From: Escherichia phage vB_VIPECOTH07
Sequence record: PQ417132.1
Length of the DNA stretch: 44,205 bases
Strand: one strand, 5' to 3'
The notes under the pieces were generated by a model that made no database searches, was not told the origin of the DNA, and saw nothing but the letters and a program-made list of their open reading frames with translations. This document shows, piece after piece, positions 7,555 to 16,309 of this stretch (position 1 is the first letter of the stretch; each line of letters begins with the position of its first letter). The position numbers and the translations under genes were made by a program.

Positions 7555-7784
7555 CCGAGTTCCAGTCCCGCGTATTTACGGCAGTCGTTTCATTAACCTG
7601 TAAAAAAGGGTCGTGCAGCGTTATGGACTTGCGCCGTAGTTATTTTAGGTACTATAGTTCCGCCATTATTGAAGGGTCGTTGAAGGTACTGGTTAAATCT
7701 GGTGTCGTGAAAAATGTTGGCGGGAAATATAGTGCTGTTGCCGAAGTTCGCGGAATGACCGCTACTTTAGAAGACCTGGAATAA
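7551..7784 (+). CDS. hypothetical protein with C-terminal LEDLE tail
   Basis: ATGA-coupled to upstream gene; ends ...TATLEDLE. Confidence 0.45.
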   Translation: MTEFQSRVFTAVVSLTCKKGSCSVMDLRRSYFRYYSSAIIEGSLKVLVKSGVVKNVGGKYSAVAEVRGMTATLEDLE

Positions 7785-7842
7785 AAGAAAGCCCCGACGC
7801 GGTGAACGCCGAGGCTAAATTACTTGCTGAAGGAAATATAAC

Positions 7843-10083
7843 ATGTCCGATGTAATTTTATCCTACTCGTGGTCTCGTCGCAACGCGCGGGCCGAGAAAA
7901 AGGATATAAACGTCAGAACCACACACACGGCAACGCTGGGCGACCTGAAAGATTTAATCCAGCCGCTTGATGCTGTCCGTGACGGAATTAACCCGAAGAC
8001 CGCACCCGGTTATATCACCGCCGCGTGCGACTCCACACACAGCACCGTAAAAGACCCGGAAACCGGTGACTTTAAGCAAGCGCGTAAAGGCTTCTTCTAT
8101 CGCTGTGATGCGTCTGTAAGCAAATCGTCGCTGGCGTATCTTGACTTCGATAGCGCAACACCGGAAGAGTATCGGGAAGCGGTGCGCCTGGTTAAGCGCA
8201 GCCGCCAGGCGATGTGTCTCTACACCACGGCATCACATACCGACGAGTCGCCGCGCTTTCGCGTCGTCATGCCGCTGGCCCGCCCGGTTGAAGGTGGCGG
8301 CATCATCCGTGTTCGCCATGGATTACTGGAGCACTTCTTCAAAGGCATGGGCGCGGACCGCAGCGGGTTCACTCTGTCGCAGCCGATGTACCTGCCGCCA
8401 GTTGGCTCTACTGTTATCTGGTCGCGCCGCAACGACCTGATTGACCCTGATGAGTTACTGGAAGGCGCCCCAGCCGTTGACATCAGCAGCGCATCTGATT
8501 ACCAGATACCGGAAGAACTGCGCACCGCGTTTACAGATGCGTTTGAAGCACTGGCATTCGAGTACGGCGGCATCATGACGCCGCGTGGCCTTAAGATGCC
8601 AGCTACGCCAGAACACGCAGAAAACTACAGCGACCCGACCCCGCGCCCGGACGACTTCCTGCTGTGCTTCCCGCGCGAGGGATATGAAGCGCCGAACGTA
8701 ACGATGATTCACGACACCGACATCACGGCAACCGAAGGCATGTCGCCGAAAGAGGTGTGGAAATACGCGTGTGATGCGACCGGGCTGCCGTTCAGTGAAG
8801 TCGCCGAGGCTATCGGATGGGGTGCGCGTGAATCTGTTTCATGCAGCCTCGACGACCTGGAAGACGATGATGACTCAGAAGAGGACGAGCTACCGGAACC
8901 GGTAAAGGCTGATTTCGTCGTTGAGGGGTACATGCCGTCAGATTGTATCTGGGATATTGTTGGGGAATCCGGCACGTACAAATCGTTCTATACGCTGGGG
9001 ATGATGTACCTGAGCGCCGCCGGGTACAGGTTTGCGGGGGCGGATACCCAGCGTTGCCACCATTTCTATATTGATGGTGAGGGTGGCGCAGCTACACGCA
9101 CCCGTATTGATGCACTAGCGGCTAAATATGGCGGGGAAGGTAAAGATTATGTACACGTCATCGATATGGGCGAAGTCGGCAAACTTAAAAGCCTGATTAA
9201 GTTAATGCGCGAAACTGCTGGCGACGAGCCAATTGGCATGGTTGCGTTCGACACCCTTAACCAGACCCTGGCACTGACGATTGATAAGTTCGACGAGAAC
9301 AGTTCATCAACAGCAATCGGCATGGGTAAAGTTATCGCCATTCTGAAAGAAGTACGCGATGCAACTAAAGCCGCAGTAGGCGTTGTCCACCATACGCCGA
9401 AGGGTGGAAAGAAAGCACGCGGCAGTGGGGCGCTGTATGCGGGTGTTGACGTGGAACTGACAATCGAACGTGCAACCGACCGTCAGATAAACGTATATCA
9501 CTCGAAATTCAAGCACGGGCCTCAGCAGAAGACGGTTGGCATGGTGCTGGAGTCGGTACAGTTCCGTGAAGCGCCGCCGCCTAAAGAATACCGAGCGGTT
9601 GAGTTCCTGGGTAGCACAGAGGAATACGGCACAATCGTAAACCTCGATCTGCCTGAGCCGCACAAGGCGCTTGTGCTGATGCCGTGGGGCTTCGAGCCGT
9701 TCAAAACTGACGAGGAGAAAGAGCGGGAAGAAGGGTTGACGAAAGAAGGTAAGCAAAAAGTAAAGGAAGAAGTTAAACGCGGCAGGGATGAAGTAAGGAA
9801 GGAGTCAATACTTTCGGCACTGGAAGACCTGCAACAGTCAGATGACACAGGTCGCGGTTTTACTCAGCAGCAGATAGTGGCTCGTTCCGGTGACTTCTCT
9901 GTGACTAACACCCATCTTGATAAAATGTTGAAAGATGGAGAACTAATGCTTGGTTGCGATGCTAACGGCGAAGTAGTACCGAGAACATATCGTATACCCG
10001 AAAGAATAGGTGATAGATTAAGGCCGAAGACACTATACGAACCAAATGAGATGCTGGTGGTGACAGAGGAGGATTTGGAATAG
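7843..10083 (+). CDS. primase-helicase (AEP-like primase N-domain fused to RecA/DnaB-like ATPase)
   Basis: N-terminal LAYLDFD and TTASHTDESPRFRVVMPL resemble archaeo-eukaryotic primase motifs; C-terminal Walker A GESGTYKS and VVHHTPKGGKKARGSGALYAGVDVELTIER resemble RepA/DnaB-type helicases. Internal acidic stretch LDDLEDDDDSEEDE; ends ...TEEDLE. Confidence 0.7.
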   Translation: MSDVILSYSWSRRNARAEKKDINVRTTHTATLGDLKDLIQPLDAVRDGINPKTAPGYITAACDSTHSTVKDPETGDFKQARKGFFYRCDASVSKSSLAYLDFDSATPEEYREAVRLVKRSRQAMCLYTTASHTDESPRFRVVMPLARPVEGGGIIRVRHGLLEHFFKGMGADRSGFTLSQPMYLPPVGSTVIWSRRNDLIDPDELLEGAPAVDISSASDYQIPEELRTAFTDAFEALAFEYGGIMTPRGLKMPATPEHAENYSDPTPRPDDFLLCFPREGYEAPNVTMIHDTDITATEGMSPKEVWKYACDATGLPFSEVAEAIGWGARESVSCSLDDLEDDDDSEEDELPEPVKADFVVEGYMPSDCIWDIVGESGTYKSFYTLGMMYLSAAGYRFAGADTQRCHHFYIDGEGGAATRTRIDALAAKYGGEGKDYVHVIDMGEVGKLKSLIKLMRETAGDEPIGMVAFDTLNQTLALTIDKFDENSSSTAIGMGKVIAILKEVRDATKAAVGVVHHTPKGGKKARGSGALYAGVDVELTIERATDRQINVYHSKFKHGPQQKTVGMVLESVQFREAPPPKEYRAVEFLGSTEEYGTIVNLDLPEPHKALVLMPWGFEPFKTDEEKEREEGLTKEGKQKVKEEVKRGRDEVRKESILSALEDLQQSDDTGRGFTQQQIVARSGDFSVTNTHLDKMLKDGELMLGCDANGEVVPRTYRIPERIGDRLRPKTLYEPNEMLVVTEEDLE

Positions 10084-10085
10084 GT

Positions 10086-10110
10086 AAAAAGAAAGGGGCG
10101 TTACGCCCCT
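10086..10110 (-). terminator. rho-independent terminator overlapping XRE stop codon
   Basis: Hairpin GGGGCG-tta-CGCCCC; the XRE stop TAA is the loop; followed on minus strand by TTTCTTTTT. Confidence 0.6.
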
Positions 10111-10316
10111 TCACCTAGCGCCAGCCACTTGGCGTCTACTTCCAGCACTTCCGCCAGTTTAAACAGCGTTGCCGGGCGTACGTCCTGAGTTGCCCCGAGT
10201 GCAAGCTGGTTAATCGCGCCCTGGGAAACGCCGGCCAGAACAGCCAGACGGCGCTGGGAGATACCGAGTTCTTTACGGCGTTGCTCTACACGGATGCCTA
10301 GTTCAGATGGTTGCAT
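10101..10316 (-). CDS. XRE-family HTH transcriptional regulator (Cro/CI-like, 71 aa)
   Basis: ELGISQRRLAVLAGVSQGAINQLALG is a canonical XRE HTH. ATG at 10316 with AAGGAG 8 nt upstream. Monocistronic, antisense inside the replication module. Confidence 0.75.
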   Translation of the reverse strand: MQPSELGIRVEQRRKELGISQRRLAVLAGVSQGAINQLALGATQDVRPATLFKLAEVLEVDAKWLALGEGA

Positions 10317-10326
10317 GTCAGTTACT

Positions 10327-10355
10327 CCTTAGTCAGTTGATATGTGAATAGTACC
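10327..10355 (+). promoter_or_regulatory. operator-like dyad in weak promoter context (TTGATA ... AATAG-TACC-ATATT)
   Basis: Imperfect copy of the dyad, 44 bp upstream of the perfect copy at 10381..10394, between the XRE gene and the 10441 operon. Confidence 0.4.
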
Positions 10356-10370
10356 ATATTAATTATTTTA

Positions 10371-10399
10371 GAAAAGCCCATTGACATGTGAATAGTTCG
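10371..10399 (+). promoter_or_regulatory. strong sigma70-like promoter TTGACA-N17-TATAGT with embedded dyad
   Basis: -35 TTGACA 10371..10376, 17-nt spacer containing AATAGTTCGCTATT, -10 TATAGT 10394..10399; SD GAGAGGAGAG then ATG 10441. Confidence 0.65.
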
Positions 10400-10440
10400 C
10401 TATTATAGTTAGCCCATACCAAACGAGAGGAGAGAAACAA

Positions 10441-10941
10441 ATGTTAGACCAATTCTTAAAATTACTGGAACGTTTCGTAGTTGCTCATGAACTGATTGCT
10501 GCGAATAGCGCGAAACGACCGGTGCCGCAGACCGAGCGTGTAGGTGAAATGCTTGTACACGGGTCAGTCTGCGGAGATGTACTTGAAGTCGACACAGTCA
10601 CTGGTGTCGGGAAAGAAATCCCGGTCGAAGGTCAAGACATCGTCGACACTAAACCGGCAGAAGAAGAGAAGCCAAAACGCAAGCCGCGTAAAGCTAAAGT
10701 AGAGGAGCCGACGCCAGAACCGGAAGAAGAAGTCGATTACCAGTCTCTGCGTGACCAGATTCAGGCTATCGACGATGCGATTAACGAAGGTCCGAGCGAT
10801 GCCGCGTGCGACGACTCCGATGAACTGCTGGAAGAGTTTACCGGCAAGAAGATGAAGATTGCCGCGATTAAAGACGAAGACCTGGCCGAGTACCTGGAAC
10901 GCCTGACGGCGATCAAGAACAAGTATTTCGAAGAAGAATAA
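10441..10941 (+). CDS. highly acidic protein, function unknown
   Basis: Strong promoter and RBS; Glu/Asp-rich (PEPEEEVDYQ, DDSDELLEEF, ends KYFEEE). Confidence 0.6.
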   Translation: MLDQFLKLLERFVVAHELIAANSAKRPVPQTERVGEMLVHGSVCGDVLEVDTVTGVGKEIPVEGQDIVDTKPAEEEKPKRKPRKAKVEEPTPEPEEEVDYQSLRDQIQAIDDAINEGPSDAACDDSDELLEEFTGKKMKIAAIKDEDLAEYLERLTAIKNKYFEEE

Positions 10942-10984
10942 CTATCCGGCGGCCTTCGGGCCGCTTTAACAGAGGGTCGTAATT

Positions 10985-11200
10985 ATGCGTAACGTATATA
11001 AAGTGATAAATGAGCAAATCGTTGTGGAAATAAGCGAGGCAACCACGGGTGAACAACGATTTTTCGTATTAAACGGGTGTTGGTATGGCGTTCTTGATTA
11101 CAATAATAATCTGGTGTGGGCCGAAAATTATCCCGACAGAAAACAGAAGCTTATGTCCGTACGTACTGCTGCTAAAGGTGAATTCGCACCGTACTACTGA
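10985..11200 (+). CDS. hypothetical protein
   Basis: ATG-initiated ORF in operon. Confidence 0.45.
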   Translation: MRNVYKVINEQIVVEISEATTGEQRFFVLNGCWYGVLDYNNNLVWAENYPDRKQKLMSVRTAAKGEFAPYY

Positions 11201-11211
11201 GGGGCGTAATT

Positions 11212-11547
11212 ATGAACTACGAAAATTTAACAGACATAGAAATTAACGCACGCGTCAGCCGCGCGCTATACGGCGATGTTTCGCGAGGGCATCAGATGGA
11301 ATTAGCTTCTGGTGATGTTGATTATTGCAACCGCGTTGAAGACGCATGGCCTGTTATCACCGGTAACAACATCTCGATTGTAGCTACCGATTCAGAATGG
11401 ATTGCTTTACCAGATAATGCGGTTATTGACGGTATTACCGGAGACGCCACCAGTATGATTTACGTTGGTGACGAATGCGTTATCGGCGAAAACCCTCTAC
11501 GCGCCTCTATGATTGTCTTCTTGAGAACGCATGAGGTGGATAAATGA
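11212..11547 (+). CDS. hypothetical protein (DUF2591-like pattern)
   Basis: N-terminus MNYENLTDIEINARVSRALYG recalls a common enterophage protein family of unknown function. Confidence 0.45.
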   Translation: MNYENLTDIEINARVSRALYGDVSRGHQMELASGDVDYCNRVEDAWPVITGNNISIVATDSEWIALPDNAVIDGITGDATSMIYVGDECVIGENPLRASMIVFLRTHEVDK

Positions 11548-11816
11548 TTTACCAACTATACCGCGCCGTAGACAGGCGGGATAACACAGAGGCGTTGTGG
11601 CTGTTGCGTGCGCCGTCCGGAGCGCACCAGATGGAAGAGATGGCTTACTTAGGCAAAGTACCGCGGCCTAAAGATATAGGCCGTCACGTGTCACAGATTA
11701 AGCGCACGACATTCGCCAAGCCAGACTTTTATGTCTTTGAGTCGATGTATGGGTGGGCTATGCACTGCGAACATAAGACGCGACATTTAATCGACCAGTG
11801 GGAGAGCAGGGTATGA
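11544..11816 (+). CDS. hypothetical protein
   Basis: Overlaps upstream stop; no motif recognised. Confidence 0.45.
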   Translation: MIYQLYRAVDRRDNTEALWLLRAPSGAHQMEEMAYLGKVPRPKDIGRHVSQIKRTTFAKPDFYVFESMYGWAMHCEHKTRHLIDQWESRV

Positions 11817-11962
11817 CAAGGTACGCGATAATTGTAGAAATAGACGGTAAAGACCAGGAACACAGCCGCTACGCACGTTTGGACGAAGCCCAGTACATCT
11901 TCTACACATTCGGCTTCGCACGCAGTTTCACTAATGCGCGTATTGTGGAGATTGCAGAATGA
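11813..11962 (+). CDS. hypothetical small protein (~49 aa)
   Basis: Hand-translated MTRYAIIVEIDGKDQEHSRYARLDEAQYIFYTFGFARSF...; ATG overlaps upstream stop. Confidence 0.3.
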   Translation: MTRYAIIVEIDGKDQEHSRYARLDEAQYIFYTFGFARSFTNARIVEIAE

Positions 11963-12117
11963 CGAACCGTAAAGCGCGACTTCTCTTTATTAAATGTCAC
12001 CAGCCTTTTCGAGTAAGCAACTCGACTTGGCTGATTATATTCAACCGTAGCGGTGACACGTGCGCCTACAAGCGCAAAACGCGTAAAGTTAAATGGGGTG
12101 GGAGTTTAAGAGCATGA
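11959..12117 (+). CDS. hypothetical small basic protein (~52 aa)
   Basis: ATGA overlaps at both ends (11959 and 12114); MTNRKARLLFIKCHQPFRVSNSTWLIIFNRSGDTCAYKRKTRKVKW... Confidence 0.3.
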   Translation: MTNRKARLLFIKCHQPFRVSNSTWLIIFNRSGDTCAYKRKTRKVKWGGSLRA

Positions 12118-13355
12118 AACTAAAAGAACGAGGCGGCAATAATGATGTACACGCCTTACTGTCACCGTCAGGCGCTAAAAAGTGGCTGTCATGCGCTGCG
12201 TCGCTGGCGTGTGAAAAAGATATCCCTAACACGTCGGGTAAAGCCGCTGTATCAGGAACCGCCATGCACACCATAGCTGAGGTCCATCTCAACGCCTATA
12301 TACGCGGCACTGCGTTGCCGTTGGAGCGTGAAGTCGGCGCTTACGTGCTGGACGAGGGTAAAGGCCAGATTAAGGCGCTAATTAGCCAGATGAAAGGCGC
12401 GGTACTGATTACGGCTGACATGATTGAGCAGGTGCGCAAGTACACCGACTACTGCAAAGCGATTATCGACGTAGCGACTTACGCCAAGCTGGAAATGCGG
12501 GTAAATCTTACTGAGGTATTGCATCCGGGTTACGAAGGCGTTGAGACGTTCGGAACCGCTGACCTTGTTGCCGTTCAGGAACTGGCGAACACTGACGAGC
12601 ATATGCTCATTATCGGCGACCTGAAAACAGGACGGCATCATGTCGAAGCGAAAGAAAACAAGCAGCTTATGCTCTACGCTCTCGGTGTTTACCGCCGACT
12701 CAAGAGACGTTATAACATATCAGTAGTGCGCCTGGTCATCTTCCAGCCGTACGCCGGGGGCGCGTCGGAGTGGGACATCTCGGTTGAAGGTCTGGAACTG
12801 TTCGCTAAGTTCGCACAGAAACGCGCACTGTTAGCCCTTGATGCGTATTTCCGAGGCAAGAAGAACCTGAAAGCGTCGGACTTTAAGCCGTCTGTCGACG
12901 GTTGTCAGTGGTGTCGGTTCTCTGAACAGTGCGCAGCGCGTACAAAGACGGTTAATTCTGTACTTGCCGAAGAACTGGAGGACGACTTTGCGCTGGAACT
13001 TACGCCGGAGCAACTCGTAGCTGAATATGAGAAGTTGCCGTTGTTGCGCCAGCACATCGATAAGGTCGAAAAAGCTATGGCTGCTGCGTTGCATTCCGGT
13101 AAGAAAGTGCCAGGGTACAAGCTGGTGGAAGGTCGCCCAGGTAATCGTGCGTGGAAAGACGCAGAGAAAGTAGCAGAACTCTACGGCGACAAGCTGACTA
13201 AAGAAGTGCTCCTGACGCCGACCGAAGCGGTTAAAGTAATACCAGAAGAAGAACTGAAAGACTTCATCACACGTAAGCCGGGGACGCCATGCGTCACAAC
13301 AGCGGACGACAAACGTCCTGAGTGGAATAAGGTTAGTGAAGAAGATTTAGAATAA
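12114..13355 (+). CDS. PD-(D/E)XK exonuclease, Cas4/RecB-like with four-Cys cluster
   Basis: ADLVAV...IIGDLKTGRHH nuclease motifs; N-terminal WLSCAASLAC plus C-terminal CQWCRFSEQC match the Cas4-type Fe-S Cys pattern. Start moved to ATG 12114 (track 12093). Ends ...VSEEDLE. Confidence 0.7.
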   Translation: MKLKERGGNNDVHALLSPSGAKKWLSCAASLACEKDIPNTSGKAAVSGTAMHTIAEVHLNAYIRGTALPLEREVGAYVLDEGKGQIKALISQMKGAVLITADMIEQVRKYTDYCKAIIDVATYAKLEMRVNLTEVLHPGYEGVETFGTADLVAVQELANTDEHMLIIGDLKTGRHHVEAKENKQLMLYALGVYRRLKRRYNISVVRLVIFQPYAGGASEWDISVEGLELFAKFAQKRALLALDAYFRGKKNLKASDFKPSVDGCQWCRFSEQCAARTKTVNSVLAEELEDDFALELTPEQLVAEYEKLPLLRQHIDKVEKAMAAALHSGKKVPGYKLVEGRPGNRAWKDAEKVAELYGDKLTKEVLLTPTEAVKVIPEEELKDFITRKPGTPCVTTADDKRPEWNKVSEEDLE

Positions 13356-13359
13356 AGTG

Positions 13360-13388
13360 TTGACATCTGAATAGTTAGCTATTATAGT
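13360..13388 (+). promoter_or_regulatory. strong sigma70-like promoter TTGACA-N17-TATAGT with embedded dyad
   Basis: TTGACATCTGAATAGTTAGCTATTATAGTT; same architecture as 10371..10399; a CCGGG-cagctt-CCCGG hairpin follows in the leader (13401..13416). Confidence 0.65.
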
Positions 13389-13442
13389 TCTAATCACTGG
13401 CCGGGCAGCTTCCCGGAGTAATCTTAAAAGCGAGAAATCAAG

Positions 13443-14069
13443 ATGGGCATTAAACTGAATCTGCGTAAAGTAAACACTGCATGGGTTAACGTATTCGAAC
13501 GCGAAAAAGACCGTGAAAACGACGACGGCTCAATCACTAAAGGCCAGTACAGCGCAACTATCATCCTGCCGACTGACCATGCTCAAATCGATGCGCTGTA
13601 CGACACTGTTTACGCTGTAGTTGAAGAAGCATTAGGTGCAGCTGCTGCCGAGAAGTGGATGAAGTCAAACTACGGCGAAGGCAAGCATATGGATAAATGC
13701 GCTATTAAAGACATTGCTGAGCGCGACAATCCGTTTGAAGACTTCCCGGAAGGCTTCTACTTCAAAGCGAAAGCACAGAAACAGCCGCTGATTGTAACCT
13801 CTAAAAAAGGTGAGACTCAGGTGGAGCAGGACTTCAACGTAGACGGTGAACAGATTGAAGGTGAACAGGTTTACAGCGGCTGCGTCGCTAACGTAAGCGT
13901 CGAAATCTGGTTCAGCCAGAAATATAAAGTACTCGGCGTTAACCTGCTGGCGATTAAATACGTCGGAGAAGGTAAAGCGTTTGGAGGCTCTAAAGTTGCT
14001 GCAAGCGTCGACGACCTGGAAGACGACGAAGAAGATGAAGCACCGCGCCGCGAACGTCGCCGCCGTTAA
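13443..14069 (+). CDS. single-stranded DNA-binding / annealing protein (putative)
   Basis: Own strong promoter, next to the exonuclease; acidic DDLEDDEEDE segment then basic RRERRRR C-terminus. Fold not verified. Confidence 0.45.
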   Translation: MGIKLNLRKVNTAWVNVFEREKDRENDDGSITKGQYSATIILPTDHAQIDALYDTVYAVVEEALGAAAAEKWMKSNYGEGKHMDKCAIKDIAERDNPFEDFPEGFYFKAKAQKQPLIVTSKKGETQVEQDFNVDGEQIEGEQVYSGCVANVSVEIWFSQKYKVLGVNLLAIKYVGEGKAFGGSKVAASVDDLEDDEEDEAPRRERRRR

Positions 14070-14088
14070 TATCTGAATCAATTTAACT

Positions 14089-14112
14089 AAGGCCCTTCAT
14101 TGGGCCTTTTTA
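14089..14112 (+). terminator. rho-independent terminator / attenuator
   Basis: AGGCCC-ttcatt-GGGCCT followed by TTTTT, between SSB-like gene and DNA polymerase. Confidence 0.6.
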
Positions 14113-14128
14113 CTAAGGGTCGAAAATA

Positions 14129-16309
14129 ATGAGTTACCTGTTCTTAGACTTTGAAACATTCTCCGAAGCCGATTTGAAGAAAGTCGGTTCCTACGCTTAC
14201 GCCGAACATCCAACTACCGAAGTGCTAATCTGTACATATGCTTTTAACGACCAGCCTGTACAGGTATGGGATTGCACCGACGGCAGCGATATGCCGGGCG
14301 ATTTGTATCGCGCGTTACGCCGCCTGGTTAAGCCGAACAGCCGCGTTAAGATGGTGTGGCACAACGGCTCAATGTTCGATAGGCTCGTCATGAAACACTG
14401 CTGGGGTTTTGACATTCCGGTAAGCAACACCATTGATACGATGATTTGGGCGTTTCGTCACGCGCTGCCGGGTTCGCTCGATGCGCTGTGCGAAGTGCTG
14501 GGCGTATCTGCTGACAACGCAAAAGACAAACGCGGTAAGGCGCTGATTCAGCGTTTCTCTAAACCGACACCGAAGAACTACAAAATTCGCCGCTATACCG
14601 CCGAAACGCACCCTGACGAGTGGGCGCTGTTCATCAAGTACGCAGTTAGCGACATCACCGCGATGCGTGAAGTGTTCCATAAGCTACCGCGGTGGGGTAA
14701 CTCGGAGTTTGAGGACCGTGTACTGGAACTGGACCAGTTAATCAACGACCGCGGGTTTAAGGTCGACGTTGCGTTGGCGGAAGCCGCGATTGAAGCGGTA
14801 GAGAAACACAAAGCGCAGTTGCAGGAAGAAGCCCAACGTAAATACGGCGGCTCGCTTACTGGTAAAGACTTCCTTCCTATTCTGCGTGAACTTGCGCCAG
14901 CGCACCGAATCCACAACGCGCAGAAGTCGACGCTAAATGACCTGTTGGCGGATGATGATTTACCGGACGACGCCCGCACGATTATCGAAATGCGCCTCGG
15001 GGCGGCATCCACTGCGTCAACGAAATATAACCCGCTGCTGTTAGGCCGCTCGTCTGACGACCGCCGTCGCGGTTGCATCCAGTATGGTGGAGCTAAACGT
15101 ACGTTACGATTTGCGGGTAAAGGCTTCCAGCCGCAGAACCTGGCTCGCGGGTACTATCACGACGACGAACTGGATAAAGGCATTTCTGCGTTACTTAAAG
15201 GCCGTGCGCACCGCCGTTTCGATGTAGCCAAACTAACGGCATCGACGGTGCGCAGCTGCATTATACCTGAAGCCGGGCATAAGTTTGTCGTCGCCGATTA
15301 CTCTAACGTTGAAGGCCGCGGTTTGGCGTGGCTGGCTGGCGAAGAAACCGCGCTTGATACGTTCCGTGCCGGGCTGGATATTTACTGCGTAACCGCAGGC
15401 AAGATGTTTGGCATGGAGTCGGATTACATTAAGAAAGAACGTAAAGACTTACGCCAGATTGGTAAGGCCTGCGAACTGGGACTTGGCTACGCGGGTGGTG
15501 TCGGCGCATTCGTACAGTTCGCCAAAAACCTCGGCCTTGACCTTGTTGATATGGCAAAAACAATGGACGGGACTTTCCCCGACCACATCTGGGCTGCTAC
15601 CGCACGTGGATATGAGTGGGCGCGTATTCAGGAAGCCAAGCGACCGCCACGTCCTGGTGAAAAAGATGACCGACCATCTTATATTCTTGATAAGAAAGTG
15701 TGGCGTACCTGCGACGCTATCAAGCGTATGTGGCGTGAGTCACACCCGGAAACAGTAGCTTTCTGGCGTGATATTGAAGATGCGGCTATGGCGGCTATCC
15801 GCAATCCGGGCAAAGAGTTCACCGCGGGGCCGCGGGGAGTTAAGTTTTCGCGCAACGTAGAGACAGACAACAACAGCAACAAAGTCGCCGGTTGGTGGCT
15901 GCGCATGACGTTGCCGTCGGGCCGCGTTATGTCTTACCCAGGCGTAGGGTTGAGCGTATCGAAAGAGACAGACGAAGATGGGAAGGTGTCTACTAACGTG
16001 CGCATAAAGTACCAGGGAGAAAATCAGTTAACCCGTCAGTGGGGCTTCCAGTACACATATTCCGGTAAACTCGTGGAAAACTGCACACAGGCGCTGTGCC
16101 GTGATTTGCTGGCTAATGCGCTGCTGAACGTCGAAGCAAACGGCTACCCGATTGTGCTTCATGTTCACGATGAGATTATCTGCGAGACACCAGATTTACC
16201 GGAATACAATGTTGCAGAGCTTGAGCGGTTGATGTGCGAATTACCTGAATGGGCGGAGGGGTTCCCTCTTGTAGCAGAAGGTGCGGAGATGAAGCGTTAT
16301 GCCAAGTAA
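14129..16309 (+). CDS. DNA polymerase, family A, with 3'-5' exonuclease domain
   Basis: Exo I DFETFS; motif A VVADYSNVEGRGLAWLAGE; motif B RQIGKACELGLGYAGG; motif C VLHVHDEII. Confidence 0.9.
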   Translation: MSYLFLDFETFSEADLKKVGSYAYAEHPTTEVLICTYAFNDQPVQVWDCTDGSDMPGDLYRALRRLVKPNSRVKMVWHNGSMFDRLVMKHCWGFDIPVSNTIDTMIWAFRHALPGSLDALCEVLGVSADNAKDKRGKALIQRFSKPTPKNYKIRRYTAETHPDEWALFIKYAVSDITAMREVFHKLPRWGNSEFEDRVLELDQLINDRGFKVDVALAEAAIEAVEKHKAQLQEEAQRKYGGSLTGKDFLPILRELAPAHRIHNAQKSTLNDLLADDDLPDDARTIIEMRLGAASTASTKYNPLLLGRSSDDRRRGCIQYGGAKRTLRFAGKGFQPQNLARGYYHDDELDKGISALLKGRAHRRFDVAKLTASTVRSCIIPEAGHKFVVADYSNVEGRGLAWLAGEETALDTFRAGLDIYCVTAGKMFGMESDYIKKERKDLRQIGKACELGLGYAGGVGAFVQFAKNLGLDLVDMAKTMDGTFPDHIWAATARGYEWARIQEAKRPPRPGEKDDRPSYILDKKVWRTCDAIKRMWRESHPETVAFWRDIEDAAMAAIRNPGKEFTAGPRGVKFSRNVETDNNSNKVAGWWLRMTLPSGRVMSYPGVGLSVSKETDEDGKVSTNVRIKYQGENQLTRQWGFQYTYSGKLVENCTQALCRDLLANALLNVEANGYPIVLHVHDEIICETPDLPEYNVAELERLMCELPEWAEGFPLVAEGAEMKRYAK

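Noticed and set aside
8141-9848. Several 85-150-aa ORFs on both strands within the primase-helicase gene
   Set aside because: Embedded in or antisense to a long motif-supported gene; compositionally biased; no independent start signals.
10101-10316. XRE gene as an anti-CRISPR-associated (Aca) marker or as evidence of lysogeny
   Set aside because: It is monocistronic with its own promoter and terminator, not at the end of a small-gene operon as Aca genes usually are; and no integrase, excisionase-partner recombinase or CI-length repressor is present, so a temperate lifestyle is not supported.
12831-13366. Minus-strand ORFs inside the exonuclease gene and reaching its 3' end
   Set aside because: Ser-rich mirror frames antisense to a motif-supported gene; no start signals.
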